A DNA stretch of 61,968 nt, counting the filler, from Alphaproteobacteria bacterium (GTDB lineage: Bacteria > Pseudomonadota > Alphaproteobacteria > Caedimonadales > UBA9215): the NCBI GenBank assembly GCA_024280495.1. It is 5 parts of 5 records of this genome, joined end to end, with 100 filler letters (N's around TTAATTAATTAA, not from the genome) between each part and the next. Parts side by side here need not be neighbours in the genome. Positions count along the whole stretch, not along the records: positions 1 to 21,878 come from JAJRPZ010000015.1; 4 more parts are not named here. One strand, written 5' to 3'. The translations under genes and the position numbers were made by a program. The notes beneath the pieces were generated by a model that searched no databases, was not told where the DNA came from, and was given only the letters and a program-made list of their open reading frames with translations. Shown in pieces: positions 1 through 10,586 of this stretch. Position 1 is the stretch's first letter; each line of letters starts with the position of its first letter.

Positions 1-116
1 ATCACCGTTTTAGGCCTTAAAAAGCTTGAAACGGCTGCCTGAAAAACAACTATTCTAGAGAAATAGGGCGGGAAAATCTGAAGGGCGTAAAAAAATAGCT
101 GTTATTCGAGGTGCCC
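1..116 (+). mobile_element. Possible IS5-family right end with transposase C-terminal tail (partial)
   Basis: An ORF tail ITVLGLKKLETAA* ends at 42. TTATTCGAGGTGCCC (102-116) followed by TAA resembles IS5-type terminal repeats. The partner end lies outside the window, so this is weak. Confidence 0.3.
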
Positions 117-246
117 TAAATATATACCGCAACTTAAATCATATTTCTACGCCTTAGCCCTGCCAGGGCATAGTGACTCCCTATAATCATATGGATCTCT
201 CTTTACCTCCATGATAGAATTAGGAAAATAATAAAAAGAAAAACAC

Positions 247-2223
247 ATGATTTTCTTTTCTAATCTTTCTTTATATTTTCAAAGTACAATACAGACATTT
301 CGTGTTGTTGAGTTGTTACGCTTTGTTTTTATTGCTTTTTTCCCTTTAAGTGCCTTGGTTCTTTTTTCCACCGTCATAAACGCGTCTTCTCAAGAAACTA
401 AAAAGAGGAGTGCTGATCTTCCTAAAATCACCTATAATATTAAAGTGCAATCTTCTGAAATTCTTTCTAAAGATGAAAAAAATTTAATTAAAAAAGAAGA
501 AAATAGAAGGGTTAATCTTCCCGATAATGTCGTCGATGATTTTATGGAAAGGTCATCCTTGAAACTTTTTATAAAGCGCCCCCTTTATTCAGAGTTCGCC
601 CTTGGAAAACGCAGCAAAAATGACATTAAGACCTTACGAAAAATCCTTCGCTTTTATGGGTATTACGACGCTAAAGTCACAGTGGTTTTGGAATCTTCCT
701 CAGAACCTAAAATAGAAAAATCAGTTACTTTCACCGTCGCCTTAGGAGAGCGTTATAAAATCCGTAGTTTTAAAACGACTTTTACCCCTCGCGGAAAAGG
801 CCCTGCTCCATGTACTCTTAATGTCAATGGAATGGACATTGAAATAGGTGCCTTTATGGAAACTGGCGTTATTCTTTCCTCCTTTGATAAAATTAAGGAT
901 CACCTTTTTAGTTGTGGCTATCCTTTTGCAAAAATCACCTCTCATAGAGCAATTCTTGATCAGGGGACAAAAGTCGTCGATTTAAGATTGATCATAGCAC
1001 CAGGGCCCTTTGTTCGCTTCGGCATCCTTAAAATTTCAGGGTCCAAAACAGTTCCCAATCACTTCATTGAGAATCGATCCCCCCTTAAAAAAGGCGCCCC
1101 TTATGACCAGGGAAAAATCGATAAATATCAAGATAAACTCAGTTACACGGATCTTTTTCAACACATCCAAATTCGAAAAGGAGGGAAATTAGATGACGTA
1201 AAAAATATGGCTGAAATGCCAATTAATATCAACCTTAGGGATGGGAAACCTCGTACCATTACGGCTGGTGTTGAATTTAACACTTCAACGGGCATTGGTC
1301 TTTCCTCCAGCTGGGAGCATCGTAATATTTTTGGAAATGCGGACCGTTTCAAAGCAAGTGCGCACTTTTCTAAAAAAGAACAAGCTCTCGATTTTATGTA
1401 TGCCCTACCAGATTTTGGTTGGGTGGATCAAACATTTACAACCAACCTTGAATATAAAAAAGAAATTAATGATGCTTTTAAAAAGAATGGTTTCGGCATT
1501 TCTTTTTTGTTCGACAATAAGCTATTAGGGGGGTGGTCTTATTTTTATGGTCTTTCTTTTGAAAATTATACCATCACGGAAAACGGTAATAAGATGCGCG
1601 TTGGAGGTGTTGGAATCCCCCTTGGTGCTAAACTCAACCGCGTTAATAACACATTAAACCCAACGAAGGGGTTTAAAATTATTGGAACTATAACCCCTGA
1701 ATTTGGAAGTTTTGGTAAAATAAAAACCCTCACAAAATCCACTCTTTTTGGTACCTATCACATTCCCTTAAGTGATGACCATCAATATATTCTTTCTTTT
1801 TGGTCCAGAATTGGCACTGTTTTTGGGGCAAAGTCCATTGATATTCCAGAAAATCGCAGGCTTTTTGCAGGGGGAAGCGGATCCGTACGTGGGTATGGCA
1901 GCCATAAACTGAGTCCTCTTTCAGCAACTGGTAAACCCATTGGCGGGAAATCCCTCATTGAATTTGGTATTGAACCTCGCATTCGCTTTGGTAAAAACTG
2001 GGGCGTAGTGACCTTTGTGGAGGGGGGGGCTGTGAGTCAAACCCTCATACCATCCCTAGGTAAAAATCTTCTTTTTGGTGCTGGATTTGGCGTTCGTTAT
2101 TACACAGATTTCGGACCCATTAGAGCAGACATAGCCATTCCTTTTAAAAAACGAAAAAATGCTGCGGGTAAAAGAATCGACAGCGCCATCCAATTTTATA
2201 TCAGTATCGGGCAAGCATTTTAA
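247..2223 (+). CDS. tamA: TamA/Omp85-family outer membrane protein
   Basis: POTRA-like segments (GYYDAKV, GYPFAKI), the Omp85 motif GGSGSVRGY and C-terminal FYISIGQAF. Directly upstream of a TamB-like gene. Confidence 0.88.
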   Translation: MIFFSNLSLYFQSTIQTFRVVELLRFVFIAFFPLSALVLFSTVINASSQETKKRSADLPKITYNIKVQSSEILSKDEKNLIKKEENRRVNLPDNVVDDFMERSSLKLFIKRPLYSEFALGKRSKNDIKTLRKILRFYGYYDAKVTVVLESSSEPKIEKSVTFTVALGERYKIRSFKTTFTPRGKGPAPCTLNVNGMDIEIGAFMETGVILSSFDKIKDHLFSCGYPFAKITSHRAILDQGTKVVDLRLIIAPGPFVRFGILKISGSKTVPNHFIENRSPLKKGAPYDQGKIDKYQDKLSYTDLFQHIQIRKGGKLDDVKNMAEMPININLRDGKPRTITAGVEFNTSTGIGLSSSWEHRNIFGNADRFKASAHFSKKEQALDFMYALPDFGWVDQTFTTNLEYKKEINDAFKKNGFGISFLFDNKLLGGWSYFYGLSFENYTITENGNKMRVGGVGIPLGAKLNRVNNTLNPTKGFKIIGTITPEFGSFGKIKTLTKSTLFGTYHIPLSDDHQYILSFWSRIGTVFGAKSIDIPENRRLFAGGSGSVRGYGSHKLSPLSATGKPIGGKSLIEFGIEPRIRFGKNWGVVTFVEGGAVSQTLIPSLGKNLLFGAGFGVRYYTDFGPIRADIAIPFKKRKNAAGKRIDSAIQFYISIGQAF

Positions 2224-2224
2224 C

Positions 2225-4999
2225 ATGAAATTTATTCTTCTTTCTTTAAAACGTATTTCTTGGATTTCCTTTACTTTCCTTGGTGCCCTGATTTTAGCCC
2301 TTGTTTTCATCCTAGGCTTTTTAGGGACTGATTCTGGCAAAAGCTTTCTTGTTTCTAGGGTAAACAATTCTCTTGAAGGTTCTCCCTACCAAATACGCCT
2401 CCATAAAATCAAAGGGCTTTACCCTTTAAAAATTGAGGTAAGTGACCTTGACCTAGAGGAAAATGGAAAAAAATGGCTTTCAGTGAATGACGCCACCATA
2501 AATATTGACCTCACCCATATTTTTTCAGAGGATCAACGTCACCTAAAAGCTTCTGTTTTTGTTGGCTCTATTGATTTAATAGCTCTGCCAGTGGGAAAGC
2601 CTTCAAAGGATAAGAATAATGATTTGCCTTTTGATCTGGAAAAATTCCGAACATATTTAGAGGAAAAACTTCCTTTGAACGCAGACATCTCCATAATATT
2701 ACGCAGGGTGAAAATTGCGGACTCTATTGCAACCATGAATATTGCCATTGCTCCATTGAAATTAATCGCAAAATATGATCGAAAACCCCACAATCTTGAA
2801 GCAAAACTGACTTTTTCAACAAAAAGTTTTGGTGCCCCCTTAAGGGCTTTTATGGAAATTAAAGGCCACCCTACAAATTTTAATGCGGTCACGTCACTTA
2901 AAACATCAAGGCTGACTTATAATAATATTAAACTCACCAACGTGACCTTAAAAAGCAATGCAACGGGTCTTCCTTTTGATTTTTCAAAATCCTTAAACCT
3001 TGATTTCACTTATCACGGGCTTGGGGTAAAAGATATTCAAGGGCATATTGAAATCAAAGACCTTACCCTCAAGAAAACTCTTATCAATCTACAGTCTTTA
3101 TCCCTTCGAGGTCTTGGAGCCATTATTGATGGTACTGCATCTTATGATTTAATAACTCAAGATGTTAAAGCTGATCTCAAAGGAAATATTCAAGATCTAT
3201 CTCCCTTAACGGGTCTTTTAGGTTATCCTGTTCAGGGGGCATTGACCCTTGACTCAAATCTCTATTTAATTTCAGGAAAACAAAATATCAAGGCTAAAAT
3301 AAAAGGGTATAACCTAAATAATAAAGACTTTAGTCTTGGCGACCTTTCCGTAACCTTAGAGACATCGATTTTATCTGAAACTCCCACACTTTTTGGAACC
3401 ATAAAAGGTAGTGATTTTGAAAGCAATGGTATTAAATTTCAAAATCTGTCCCTCGTATCAAAAATAAATAAAGGCCAAGGAAATGTTGCCCTTGTTGGAG
3501 ATGGAAAAGATTTAAATTTAGAATTAAAAGCTGACCTTTCTCTCAAAAAAGAAACTCAAGAAATTAACCTTAAAACCTTGGGGGCTATTTTTAAAAAACA
3601 ACCCCTTAAACTTAAAAAACCTGTCCGTATCACACTTTATGGTAATGATATTTTTATAACCCCCATGACCCTAAATCTTGCTACTTTTCCTATTCTTATT
3701 GAGGGAAATAAAAAAGGCACCGCCCTCAATTTTAAAATAAAAGGAAATGCTGATCTTGGACTTATTTCCAAACTTTTTCTTCATACGGGGGATATCATTG
3801 ATGGAAATATAAACCTAGAGCTTGCCATTAAAGGAACGGCCAGCTCTCCTAATATCAGTGGATTTATTGATCTTAAAAAGGGCGAATATGAAAATATCAT
3901 TTATGGAACAAAACTTCATGACCTCGATATAAGAATCACCGCTGAAAATAAAATCATTAAGCTTGATAAAATCAAAGCAAACGATGGGCATGGCGGTCAT
4001 ATTCTTGTTAATGGCGTTTATGACCTTGCTAATAATGCCATGGATTTTGTTTTAAAATTAGTGGATATGCGTTTTGCCTACACGGATATGATGAAAATAA
4101 TTGGGCGTGAAGGTTCCTTTCGCTTAAAGGGTCCTCTGTCAAAATTAAAATTGACGGGAAAGCTTAAAATGGGGGATGTTTCCTATAACATTATGAATAC
4201 TTTTGCAAGTGATGTGCCAAAACTGAATATCATAGATCCTCTGCACCCTGAATTGAAAAAAACAAAGATAGCTAACAAGAAAGAAAAGAGCACCTCTTTT
4301 GGCTTATCTATGGATGTTGCCATTAAAATTCCTCCAACTGTACGCATTTATGGCATGGGGCTTGACTCCATTTGGGGCGGAAAGCTTAAAATATCTGGTC
4401 CTGCAACGGCCCCTCTTGTGATTGGTAATATTTCGGCTGATTCAGGTGAGCTCTATTTTCTGGGACAAGATATTAATATAGAAAAGGGAGTGCTTGGTTT
4501 TGACGGCCAAGATAATAATATCCCCTACCTTGATCTTATTGCAGGTATTCCTCGAGGTGATTTTAAGGTCATTATTTCCCTTTCAGGTCGCGCCACAAAG
4601 CCTTCTTTTAAGATTTCATCAAATCCATCAATGCCTCAGGATCAGATTTTATCGTACCTTTTATTTGGTTCAGAACCCCTAAAACTTTCTCCCTTTGATG
4701 CCATTAAACTTGCTCGGATTGCTGGTGAAATTGGTGGTATTGGTGCCAATAGCAGCTTTTCTGATATTATGAAAAACCGAACGGAAGAAAAAGAATCCGA
4801 CGAAGAAAAAGAAAAAAATTACAAATCCAAAAGTAAAATGTCTGATTTTGTCCGTGTTCGCCTCGATCAAGGTGTCACACCAGCAGATACAAAAGTTGTC
4901 GTGGATGTTGCCATATCCCCCAGCATTACAGTAACCACATCAGCTGGCGCTGGCGAAGCTTCTCAATCCCTTGGAATAAAGTACAAATGGGATTATTAA
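2225..4999 (+). CDS. tamB: Translocation/assembly module TamB
   Basis: N-terminal TM anchor, long beta-rich body and C-terminal TamB motif (SSNPSMPQDQILSYLLFG...IKYKWDY). ATG at 2225 follows the tamA stop. Confidence 0.85.
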   Translation: MKFILLSLKRISWISFTFLGALILALVFILGFLGTDSGKSFLVSRVNNSLEGSPYQIRLHKIKGLYPLKIEVSDLDLEENGKKWLSVNDATINIDLTHIFSEDQRHLKASVFVGSIDLIALPVGKPSKDKNNDLPFDLEKFRTYLEEKLPLNADISIILRRVKIADSIATMNIAIAPLKLIAKYDRKPHNLEAKLTFSTKSFGAPLRAFMEIKGHPTNFNAVTSLKTSRLTYNNIKLTNVTLKSNATGLPFDFSKSLNLDFTYHGLGVKDIQGHIEIKDLTLKKTLINLQSLSLRGLGAIIDGTASYDLITQDVKADLKGNIQDLSPLTGLLGYPVQGALTLDSNLYLISGKQNIKAKIKGYNLNNKDFSLGDLSVTLETSILSETPTLFGTIKGSDFESNGIKFQNLSLVSKINKGQGNVALVGDGKDLNLELKADLSLKKETQEINLKTLGAIFKKQPLKLKKPVRITLYGNDIFITPMTLNLATFPILIEGNKKGTALNFKIKGNADLGLISKLFLHTGDIIDGNINLELAIKGTASSPNISGFIDLKKGEYENIIYGTKLHDLDIRITAENKIIKLDKIKANDGHGGHILVNGVYDLANNAMDFVLKLVDMRFAYTDMMKIIGREGSFRLKGPLSKLKLTGKLKMGDVSYNIMNTFASDVPKLNIIDPLHPELKKTKIANKKEKSTSFGLSMDVAIKIPPTVRIYGMGLDSIWGGKLKISGPATAPLVIGNISADSGELYFLGQDINIEKGVLGFDGQDNNIPYLDLIAGIPRGDFKVIISLSGRATKPSFKISSNPSMPQDQILSYLLFGSEPLKLSPFDAIKLARIAGEIGGIGANSSFSDIMKNRTEEKESDEEKEKNYKSKSKMSDFVRVRLDQGVTPADTKVVVDVAISPSITVTTSAGAGEASQSLGIKYKWDY

Positions 5000-5085
5000 A
5001 TTATATAGGTCCAAAACTTACACAGATCTGATATATGTGATGACATAAGGGCTGACACATTCTATTATCTTGTTAGATTTCCACC

Positions 5086-6207
5086 TTGATGAAAGCTATT
5101 ATAAACGTGACAGGTTACGCTCTTAAAAGATTTTTTCTTATTTTTCCCACACTTTTTGGGATTTTGACCCTTAATTTTGCCATCATCCAAATAGCCCCTG
5201 GTGGTCCCGTGGAACAAATGATTGCTAAGGTTCGTGGCACAGCAGTCAGTGCAACATCACGATTTTCCAGCACAGCAGACCTTGGCCCTTCTAACCAAGT
5301 TCAACATACAGAAAGTAAGAGTACCTATCGAGGATCAAGGGGGCTTGATCCAGACTTTATCAAGCAGATTGAAAAAATGTATGGTTTTGATAACCCCCCC
5401 CTTGAACGTTTCAAAATAATGATAAAAAATTATCTTTCTTTCGATTTTGGGGAGAGCTATTTTCGAGATATTTCAGTCATTGATCTTTTGAAAGAAAAAC
5501 TTCCAGTCTCTCTTTCCCTTGGACTCTGGTCAACCCTTCTTATTTATCTTATTTCCATTCCCCTTGGAATCCGTAAAGCTGTTAAGGATGGGACTCCTTT
5601 TGATTTTTGGACCAGTGGCATTATCATTATTGGGTATGCAGTACCTAGTTTTTTGTTTGCTATTTTTCTTATTGTTCTTTTTGCTGGCGGTAGTTTTTTT
5701 GATGTTTTTCCCCTACGAGGTATTACCTCAGATGGATTTGATGAGATGTCTTTGATACAACAAATCAAGGATTATGTCTGGCATATTACCCTTCCCGTAA
5801 CTGCTTTGGTTATTAGTGGATTCGCGAGCTTAACCCTTCTTACTAAAAATTCTTTTCTCGAAGAAATTAACAAACAGTATGTTATGACCGCAAAAGCAAA
5901 AGGGCTTTCGGAAAAAAAAGTGCTCTACAGTCATGTGTTTCGTAATGCAATTCTTGTGATTATTGCAGGATTCCCCAGTGCTCTTCTAGGTATCTTTTTT
6001 ACGGGATCATTGCTTATCGAAGTTATATTTTCCCTTGATGGTATTGGCCTTTTGGGATTTGAATCAGCCCTGTCACGGGATTACCCCGTTGTCTTTTCAA
6101 CGTTGTATATTTTTACCCTTCTAGGTCTTATTCTCCATATTATTGGAGATCTTATTTACACAATGGTAGATCCTCGAATTGATTTTGAAAAAAGAACGGG
6201 GTGCTGA
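5086..6207 (+). CDS. yejB: Peptide/microcin C ABC transporter permease YejB
   Basis: [49 protein letters not shown]. Confidence 0.92.
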   Translation: MMKAIINVTGYALKRFFLIFPTLFGILTLNFAIIQIAPGGPVEQMIAKVRGTAVSATSRFSSTADLGPSNQVQHTESKSTYRGSRGLDPDFIKQIEKMYGFDNPPLERFKIMIKNYLSFDFGESYFRDISVIDLLKEKLPVSLSLGLWSTLLIYLISIPLGIRKAVKDGTPFDFWTSGIIIIGYAVPSFLFAIFLIVLFAGGSFFDVFPLRGITSDGFDEMSLIQQIKDYVWHITLPVTALVISGFASLTLLTKNSFLEEINKQYVMTAKAKGLSEKKVLYSHVFRNAILVIIAGFPSALLGIFFTGSLLIEVIFSLDGIGLLGFESALSRDYPVVFSTLYIFTLLGLILHIIGDLIYTMVDPRIDFEKRTGC

Positions 6208-7247
6208 GCATGAGTGTTTTTAAACTTACCCCTTTGGCCCAGCAACGTATCCAGTATTTCAAAACTAATAAACGAGGCTTTTATTCTCTCATTATTTTTA
6301 CCATTCTCTTTACAATAACTTTATTCGCAGAATTTATTGCCAATGATAAGCCCCTGTTTATTTCTTATGATGGAAAATATTACGCTCCTATTTTTAAGAT
6401 GTATCCAGAAAAAGAGTTTGGTGGGGATTTTGAAACGGAAACCGTTTACAAGGACCCCTATGTCAAAAAACTTATCCAAGAAAAAGGCGGGTGGATGGTA
6501 TGGCCCTTAATTAGATACAGCTATAATACAATCAATTATGACCTCCCCAGCCCTGCCCCCTCAAGCCCTACATCAGAAAACTTGTTTGGTACCGATGACC
6601 AGGGACGTGATGTTCTGGCACGTCTTATTTATGGTTTCCGCATTTCAGTCTTTTTTGGTCTCATTTTAACTTTCATCAGTTCCATCATTGGTATTATTGC
6701 TGGCGGTACCCAGGGATATTTTGGTGGTAAATATGACCTGTTTTTTCAACGTTTTATCGAAATTTGGTCTGGGCTTCCTGTTCTTTTTCTCCTTATTATT
6801 ATGGGGAGTTTTGTTGAGCCTAATTTTTGGTGGCTTTTGGGACTTATGTTGCTTTTTAGTTGGATGAGCCTGGTATCCGTTGTGCGTGCTGAATTCCTAC
6901 GGGCCAGAAATTATGACTATGTACGTGCAGCACAAGCCCTTGGAGTTTCCAATGCCATGATTATGTTTCGACATGTTTTACCCAATGCCATGGTTGCAGC
7001 CTTAACCTATCTTCCCTTTATTTTAAATGGGTCTATCACGACGTTGACGTCCCTTGATTTTCTTGGATTTGGTCTGCCACCAGGCTCTCCTTCCCTTGGA
7101 GAAATGCTTGCTCAGGGGAAGAATAACCTTCAAGCACCTTGGCTTGGTATTGCCTCTTTTTTTGCTGTGGCAAGTACATTATCTTTGCTAATTTTCATTG
7201 GAGAGGGTGTCCGTGATGCCTTTGATCCTCGCAAAACGGAGCGTTAA
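6201..7247 (+). CDS. yejE: Peptide/microcin C ABC transporter permease YejE
   Basis: [41 protein letters not shown]. Confidence 0.92.
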   Translation: MLSMSVFKLTPLAQQRIQYFKTNKRGFYSLIIFTILFTITLFAEFIANDKPLFISYDGKYYAPIFKMYPEKEFGGDFETETVYKDPYVKKLIQEKGGWMVWPLIRYSYNTINYDLPSPAPSSPTSENLFGTDDQGRDVLARLIYGFRISVFFGLILTFISSIIGIIAGGTQGYFGGKYDLFFQRFIEIWSGLPVLFLLIIMGSFVEPNFWWLLGLMLLFSWMSLVSVVRAEFLRARNYDYVRAAQALGVSNAMIMFRHVLPNAMVAALTYLPFILNGSITTLTSLDFLGFGLPPGSPSLGEMLAQGKNNLQAPWLGIASFFAVASTLSLLIFIGEGVRDAFDPRKTER

Positions 7248-7248
7248 T

Positions 7249-8904
7249 ATGAAAACACTTTCTCCCACACTATCTCCGCCTCAAAAACCGATTCTTTCCG
7301 TCAAAGATTTATCGGTTCGATTTCAATCAGAAAAAGGACATGTGGATGCCGTGCGTAATGTCAGCTTTGACCTTTATGCGGGACAAACCCTCGCCCTTGT
7401 GGGAGAAAGCGGTTCTGGAAAATCTGTTTGTGCCTTTAGTATTTTACGTCTTTTGCCTTATCCAAAAGCAACCCACCCTCAAGGGCAGATCACCTATAAA
7501 TCTCATACTCTTTTAAAGGCTCCTGAAGATAAACCGTCCCCAGAATGTGAAAAAATACTAAGGAAAATCCGCGGGTCAGAAATCAGTATGATTTTTCAAG
7601 AGCCCTTAACGGCTTTGAATCCTTTACATACAATAGAGCATCAAATTACCGAATCCCTTGATTTACATACGTCCTTAACTGATACGCAGAAAAAGAAACG
7701 CCTTATAGAATTGCTCAATGATGTGGAATTTCCCGAAGCTGAACTGCGTTTAAATTCCTACCCCCATGAGCTTTCAGGGGGACAACGACAACGGATTATG
7801 ATTGCCATGGCCCTAGCCGCAAATCCAAAAATACTTATTGCGGATGAACCCACAACGGCCCTTGATGTCACAACACAATTGGGTATTTTAAAGCTTTTGG
7901 AAACCCTTAAGCGCAAATTCAACCTCTCTATTTTACTCATTACACACGATCTTTCCCTTGTGAAAAAATATACTGACACAGTTATCGTTATGCAAAATGG
8001 TGCCATTGTAGAACAAGGCAAGACCCATGATCTTTTTAAAGATCCAAAACAAGCCTATACAAAAAAACTTATTAACGCAGATCCAAAGGGCAACGCTGTA
8101 CCCCTTAATAAAAAAGCACAGACTTTGTTATCCGTTAAAAATATTTCCATTGTTTTTGGTAAGAAAAAAAGTTTTGTCAATCCAAAGGCAAGGCAAACAA
8201 AAGCCGTGAACGATGTTTCTTTTAATCTAAAAATTGGAGAGACCCTTGGCATAGTTGGAGAAAGCGGCTCTGGAAAGACGACAATTGCCCTTGCTATTAT
8301 GCGTCTTTTGACACTCAATGAAGGAGAAATATTTTTTCAAAATAAAAATATTTCTCCTTTACCTTCCCGTAAAATTCGCCCCTTGCGCCGTGAATTTCAG
8401 ATGGTTTTCCAAGATCCTTTTGGATCATTAAACCCACGCCTTTCCATTTCTCAAATTATTGGCGAGGGCATTGACGTGCATAAATTGGCAAGGGGGAATC
8501 AAGAAAAAGAAAAACTCATTATCCAATCCCTGAAAGATGTTCATTTGGATTCTGAAACACGTTTTCGATATCCCCATGAATTTTCTGGAGGGCAACGTCA
8601 ACGTATCGCCATTGCCAGGGCTCTTGTGGTGAACCCAAAACTTATAGTACTTGATGAGCCAACTTCTGCCCTTGATCGCTCTGTACAGTTAAGCGTACTG
8701 GATCTTTTAAAGGATCTGCAAATCAAAAAAAAACTTAGTTATTTATTGATCACCCATGACCTTGCCGTGGTAAAGTCCCTGTCTCACCATGTGATGGTCA
8801 TGGAAAAAGGATGCATGATTGAATCTGGAGATACAAAGCAAATTTTTCAATCCCCAAAAAAAACGTACACTCAAAACCTTCTTAAAGCCGCCCTTTTTCG
8901 ATAA
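7249..8904 (+). CDS. yejF: Peptide ABC transporter ATP-binding protein with two NBDs (YejF)
   Basis: Two Walker A (GESGSGKS/T), two SGGQRQR signatures and two DEPT motifs. ATG at 7249 follows the yejE stop. Confidence 0.9.
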   Translation: MKTLSPTLSPPQKPILSVKDLSVRFQSEKGHVDAVRNVSFDLYAGQTLALVGESGSGKSVCAFSILRLLPYPKATHPQGQITYKSHTLLKAPEDKPSPECEKILRKIRGSEISMIFQEPLTALNPLHTIEHQITESLDLHTSLTDTQKKKRLIELLNDVEFPEAELRLNSYPHELSGGQRQRIMIAMALAANPKILIADEPTTALDVTTQLGILKLLETLKRKFNLSILLITHDLSLVKKYTDTVIVMQNGAIVEQGKTHDLFKDPKQAYTKKLINADPKGNAVPLNKKAQTLLSVKNISIVFGKKKSFVNPKARQTKAVNDVSFNLKIGETLGIVGESGSGKTTIALAIMRLLTLNEGEIFFQNKNISPLPSRKIRPLRREFQMVFQDPFGSLNPRLSISQIIGEGIDVHKLARGNQEKEKLIIQSLKDVHLDSETRFRYPHEFSGGQRQRIAIARALVVNPKLIVLDEPTSALDRSVQLSVLDLLKDLQIKKKLSYLLITHDLAVVKSLSHHVMVMEKGCMIESGDTKQIFQSPKKTYTQNLLKAALFR

Positions 8905-8921
8905 AAAAACCTTGATTTTTT

Positions 8922-9404
8922 TTAAGATAAGCCCGTTGAGCCAAAACCACTAAGGGAGCGGCCTTGAGATGTGGTTTCTTCAAAATTAGACACTTGTTGA
9001 ATATGGCAGGTCACATAAGGCGCAATAATCATTTGAGCAATGCGCATGCCGCGCTTCACAGTAAAATTTTCTGTCCCAAAATTAATAAGTAAGACCTTGA
9101 TCTCTCCCCTGTAATCGGAATCGATGGTACCAGGTGCATTTAAAAGGGTAATACCATTTTTATAGGCAAGGCCAGATCTTGGACGCAATTGTGCCTCGAG
9201 TCCTTTGGGAATAGCCATTGAAAATCCGCAAGGTACGAGAAAACGCTCCCCTGGCTTAATAATGAGAGACTTCTCAATGGCGGCTCGAAGGTCCATTCCA
9301 GAACTTCCTTCCGTTGCATAAAGAGGTAACTCTAAATCAGCACCATGCTCCAGTTTTTTCATGGGAATACTGGCTTTTAAGGGCGTTGCTAAGGTCATTT
9401 TCAA
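8922..9404 (-). CDS. dut: dUTP diphosphatase
   Basis: GSSGMDL, RPRSGLA, NAPGTIDSDYRGEIKV, RIAQMII, GFGSTG. Confidence 0.96.
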   Translation of the reverse strand: MKMTLATPLKASIPMKKLEHGADLELPLYATEGSSGMDLRAAIEKSLIIKPGERFLVPCGFSMAIPKGLEAQLRPRSGLAYKNGITLLNAPGTIDSDYRGEIKVLLINFGTENFTVKRGMRIAQMIIAPYVTCHIQQVSNFEETTSQGRSLSGFGSTGLS

Positions 9405-9482
9405 GATTCCTAAAAAGAATGTGATTGTGATTGTGATTTAAGCTATCGTTTTTTTCTTTTCAAATCAAGCAGCTTTGCATTC

Positions 9483-9507
9483 AAAAGACGCCACCAAAGG
9501 TGGTGTC
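9483..9507 (-). terminator. Intrinsic terminator of the 9557-9952 gene
   Basis: Minus strand reads GACACCACC-TTT-GGTGGCGTC-TTTT. Confidence 0.65.
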
Positions 9508-9556
9508 ATCATTGATTAGTTACTGCTTTAAAATTTAAAAAAGGAATCTTCTATTA

Positions 9557-9952
9557 TTAATCAACAATATGATAACTTTTTGGAAAAATGGACTGTTCTG
9601 AAGTGTTTTCTGGAGCTTCTTCTCTGTAAGTACTGACTCCATTTAAGCAACAAACACAATTTGATTTTAGCATTTTCAATATTTTTTCAGGCAGGATTGT
9701 TATTTTTTTGTATTGAATAGCCGTACCATTAATTTCTTGGGAAAAAGTCTCAATGAGTTGCCCAGTTGTCGTTTTCGTTATTTTATGAAGACCATGTTTT
9801 CCCAGACCTCGGCATTCATATGTTTTTGTATATTTGGTGTCGGTATCTATTAAGTCATCTTCAATGAGTGTAATGCCAGAAGCATTCGAATATCCTGATA
9901 AGGAGCCTAAAGCTATGGCCATCCCTAATATATATTTATATTTTTGAAACAT
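9557..9952 (-). CDS. Small secreted hypothetical protein with Cys/His residues
   Basis: 131-aa ORF with signal peptide (MFQKYKYILGMAIALGSLSGYSNA) and its own terminator. No family recognised. Confidence 0.7.
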   Translation of the reverse strand: MFQKYKYILGMAIALGSLSGYSNASGITLIEDDLIDTDTKYTKTYECRGLGKHGLHKITKTTTGQLIETFSQEINGTAIQYKKITILPEKILKMLKSNCVCCLNGVSTYREEAPENTSEQSIFPKSYHIVD

Positions 9953-10012
9953 TTCTTACCCTACTATTTGATTTAAAAAAAATGACATACTGTCAATAAC
10001 TAATATATGCAT

Positions 10013-10053
10013 TTTTTTTACAAATACAAACTTTTATTGTATTTGTAAAAAAA
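10013..10053. terminator. 17-bp perfect inverted repeat, likely terminator of the flagellar operon
   Basis: TTTTTTTACAAATACAA / TTGTATTTGTAAAAAAA with a 7-nt loop, about 40 nt after the fliW stop. Confidence 0.55.
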
Positions 10054-10094
10054 CATGCAAAATTTATCACAAAATGAGTAAGAATCAGGACTTT

Positions 10095-10565
10095 TTAAAA
10101 CATTTCAAAACGGCTCAGCAGATATGAATTATCCAATTTAGAATTTGTATGAATATGCTGCCATCCTTTTTGCCTGTGGCGATCAACCACAATTGGAGCT
10201 TGAAGATTTATTGTCAGTGCGACCTCTCCCTCAGGCTGTCGAATGGTCACAATGGAATAAATATCCAGATCATCCCTACTTGTTTTTTCTTTGGCTGCCA
10301 TAGATGCAATCATTTCTTCATCATATATTGCACGCTCCTTTACGTGGGGATAAAGAAGAAATGAAATTTCAGGATTGTCGACACTGACCATCATCTTAAG
10401 GGGGGGATGAGAACCATCATCCAAATCATGAATTTGAAAAATATTTAGAGTAGGAAAGCCAGGGACTCCATAGGGAAAAGCTAAGATTTCACAGTGATCC
10501 TGTTTATTCTTTTTCGCTGCGGCTGGTGTGATTTTCGTTAATATCGTCATTTTTTTTCCTGTCAT
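10095..10565 (-). CDS. fliW: Flagellar assembly factor FliW
   Basis: FPYGVPGF, SVDNPEISFLL, IYSIVTI and TINLQAPIVVD...GWQ match FliW motifs (F.xGLPGF; T.NL.APIVIN...G.Q). Last gene after flgL. Confidence 0.82.
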   Translation of the reverse strand: MTGKKMTILTKITPAAAKKNKQDHCEILAFPYGVPGFPTLNIFQIHDLDDGSHPPLKMMVSVDNPEISFLLYPHVKERAIYDEEMIASMAAKEKTSRDDLDIYSIVTIRQPEGEVALTINLQAPIVVDRHRQKGWQHIHTNSKLDNSYLLSRFEMF

Positions 10566-10586
10566 TTTAATGTTTTTGAAGGACTT

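Noticed and set aside
9420..9438. (TGTGAT)3 microsatellite; similar short duplications at 27822-27857 and 48523-48549
   Set aside because: Short slippage-type repeats with no supportable function.
9972..9987. 16-bp match TTTAAAAAAAATGACA with 37360-37375 upstream of two secreted orphans
   Set aside because: Low complexity and opposite orientation relative to the genes; chance is plausible.
9953..10094. Hidden csrA downstream of fliW
   Set aside because: The gap is 142 nt, mostly an AT-rich hairpin, and has no MLVLxR-type ORF.
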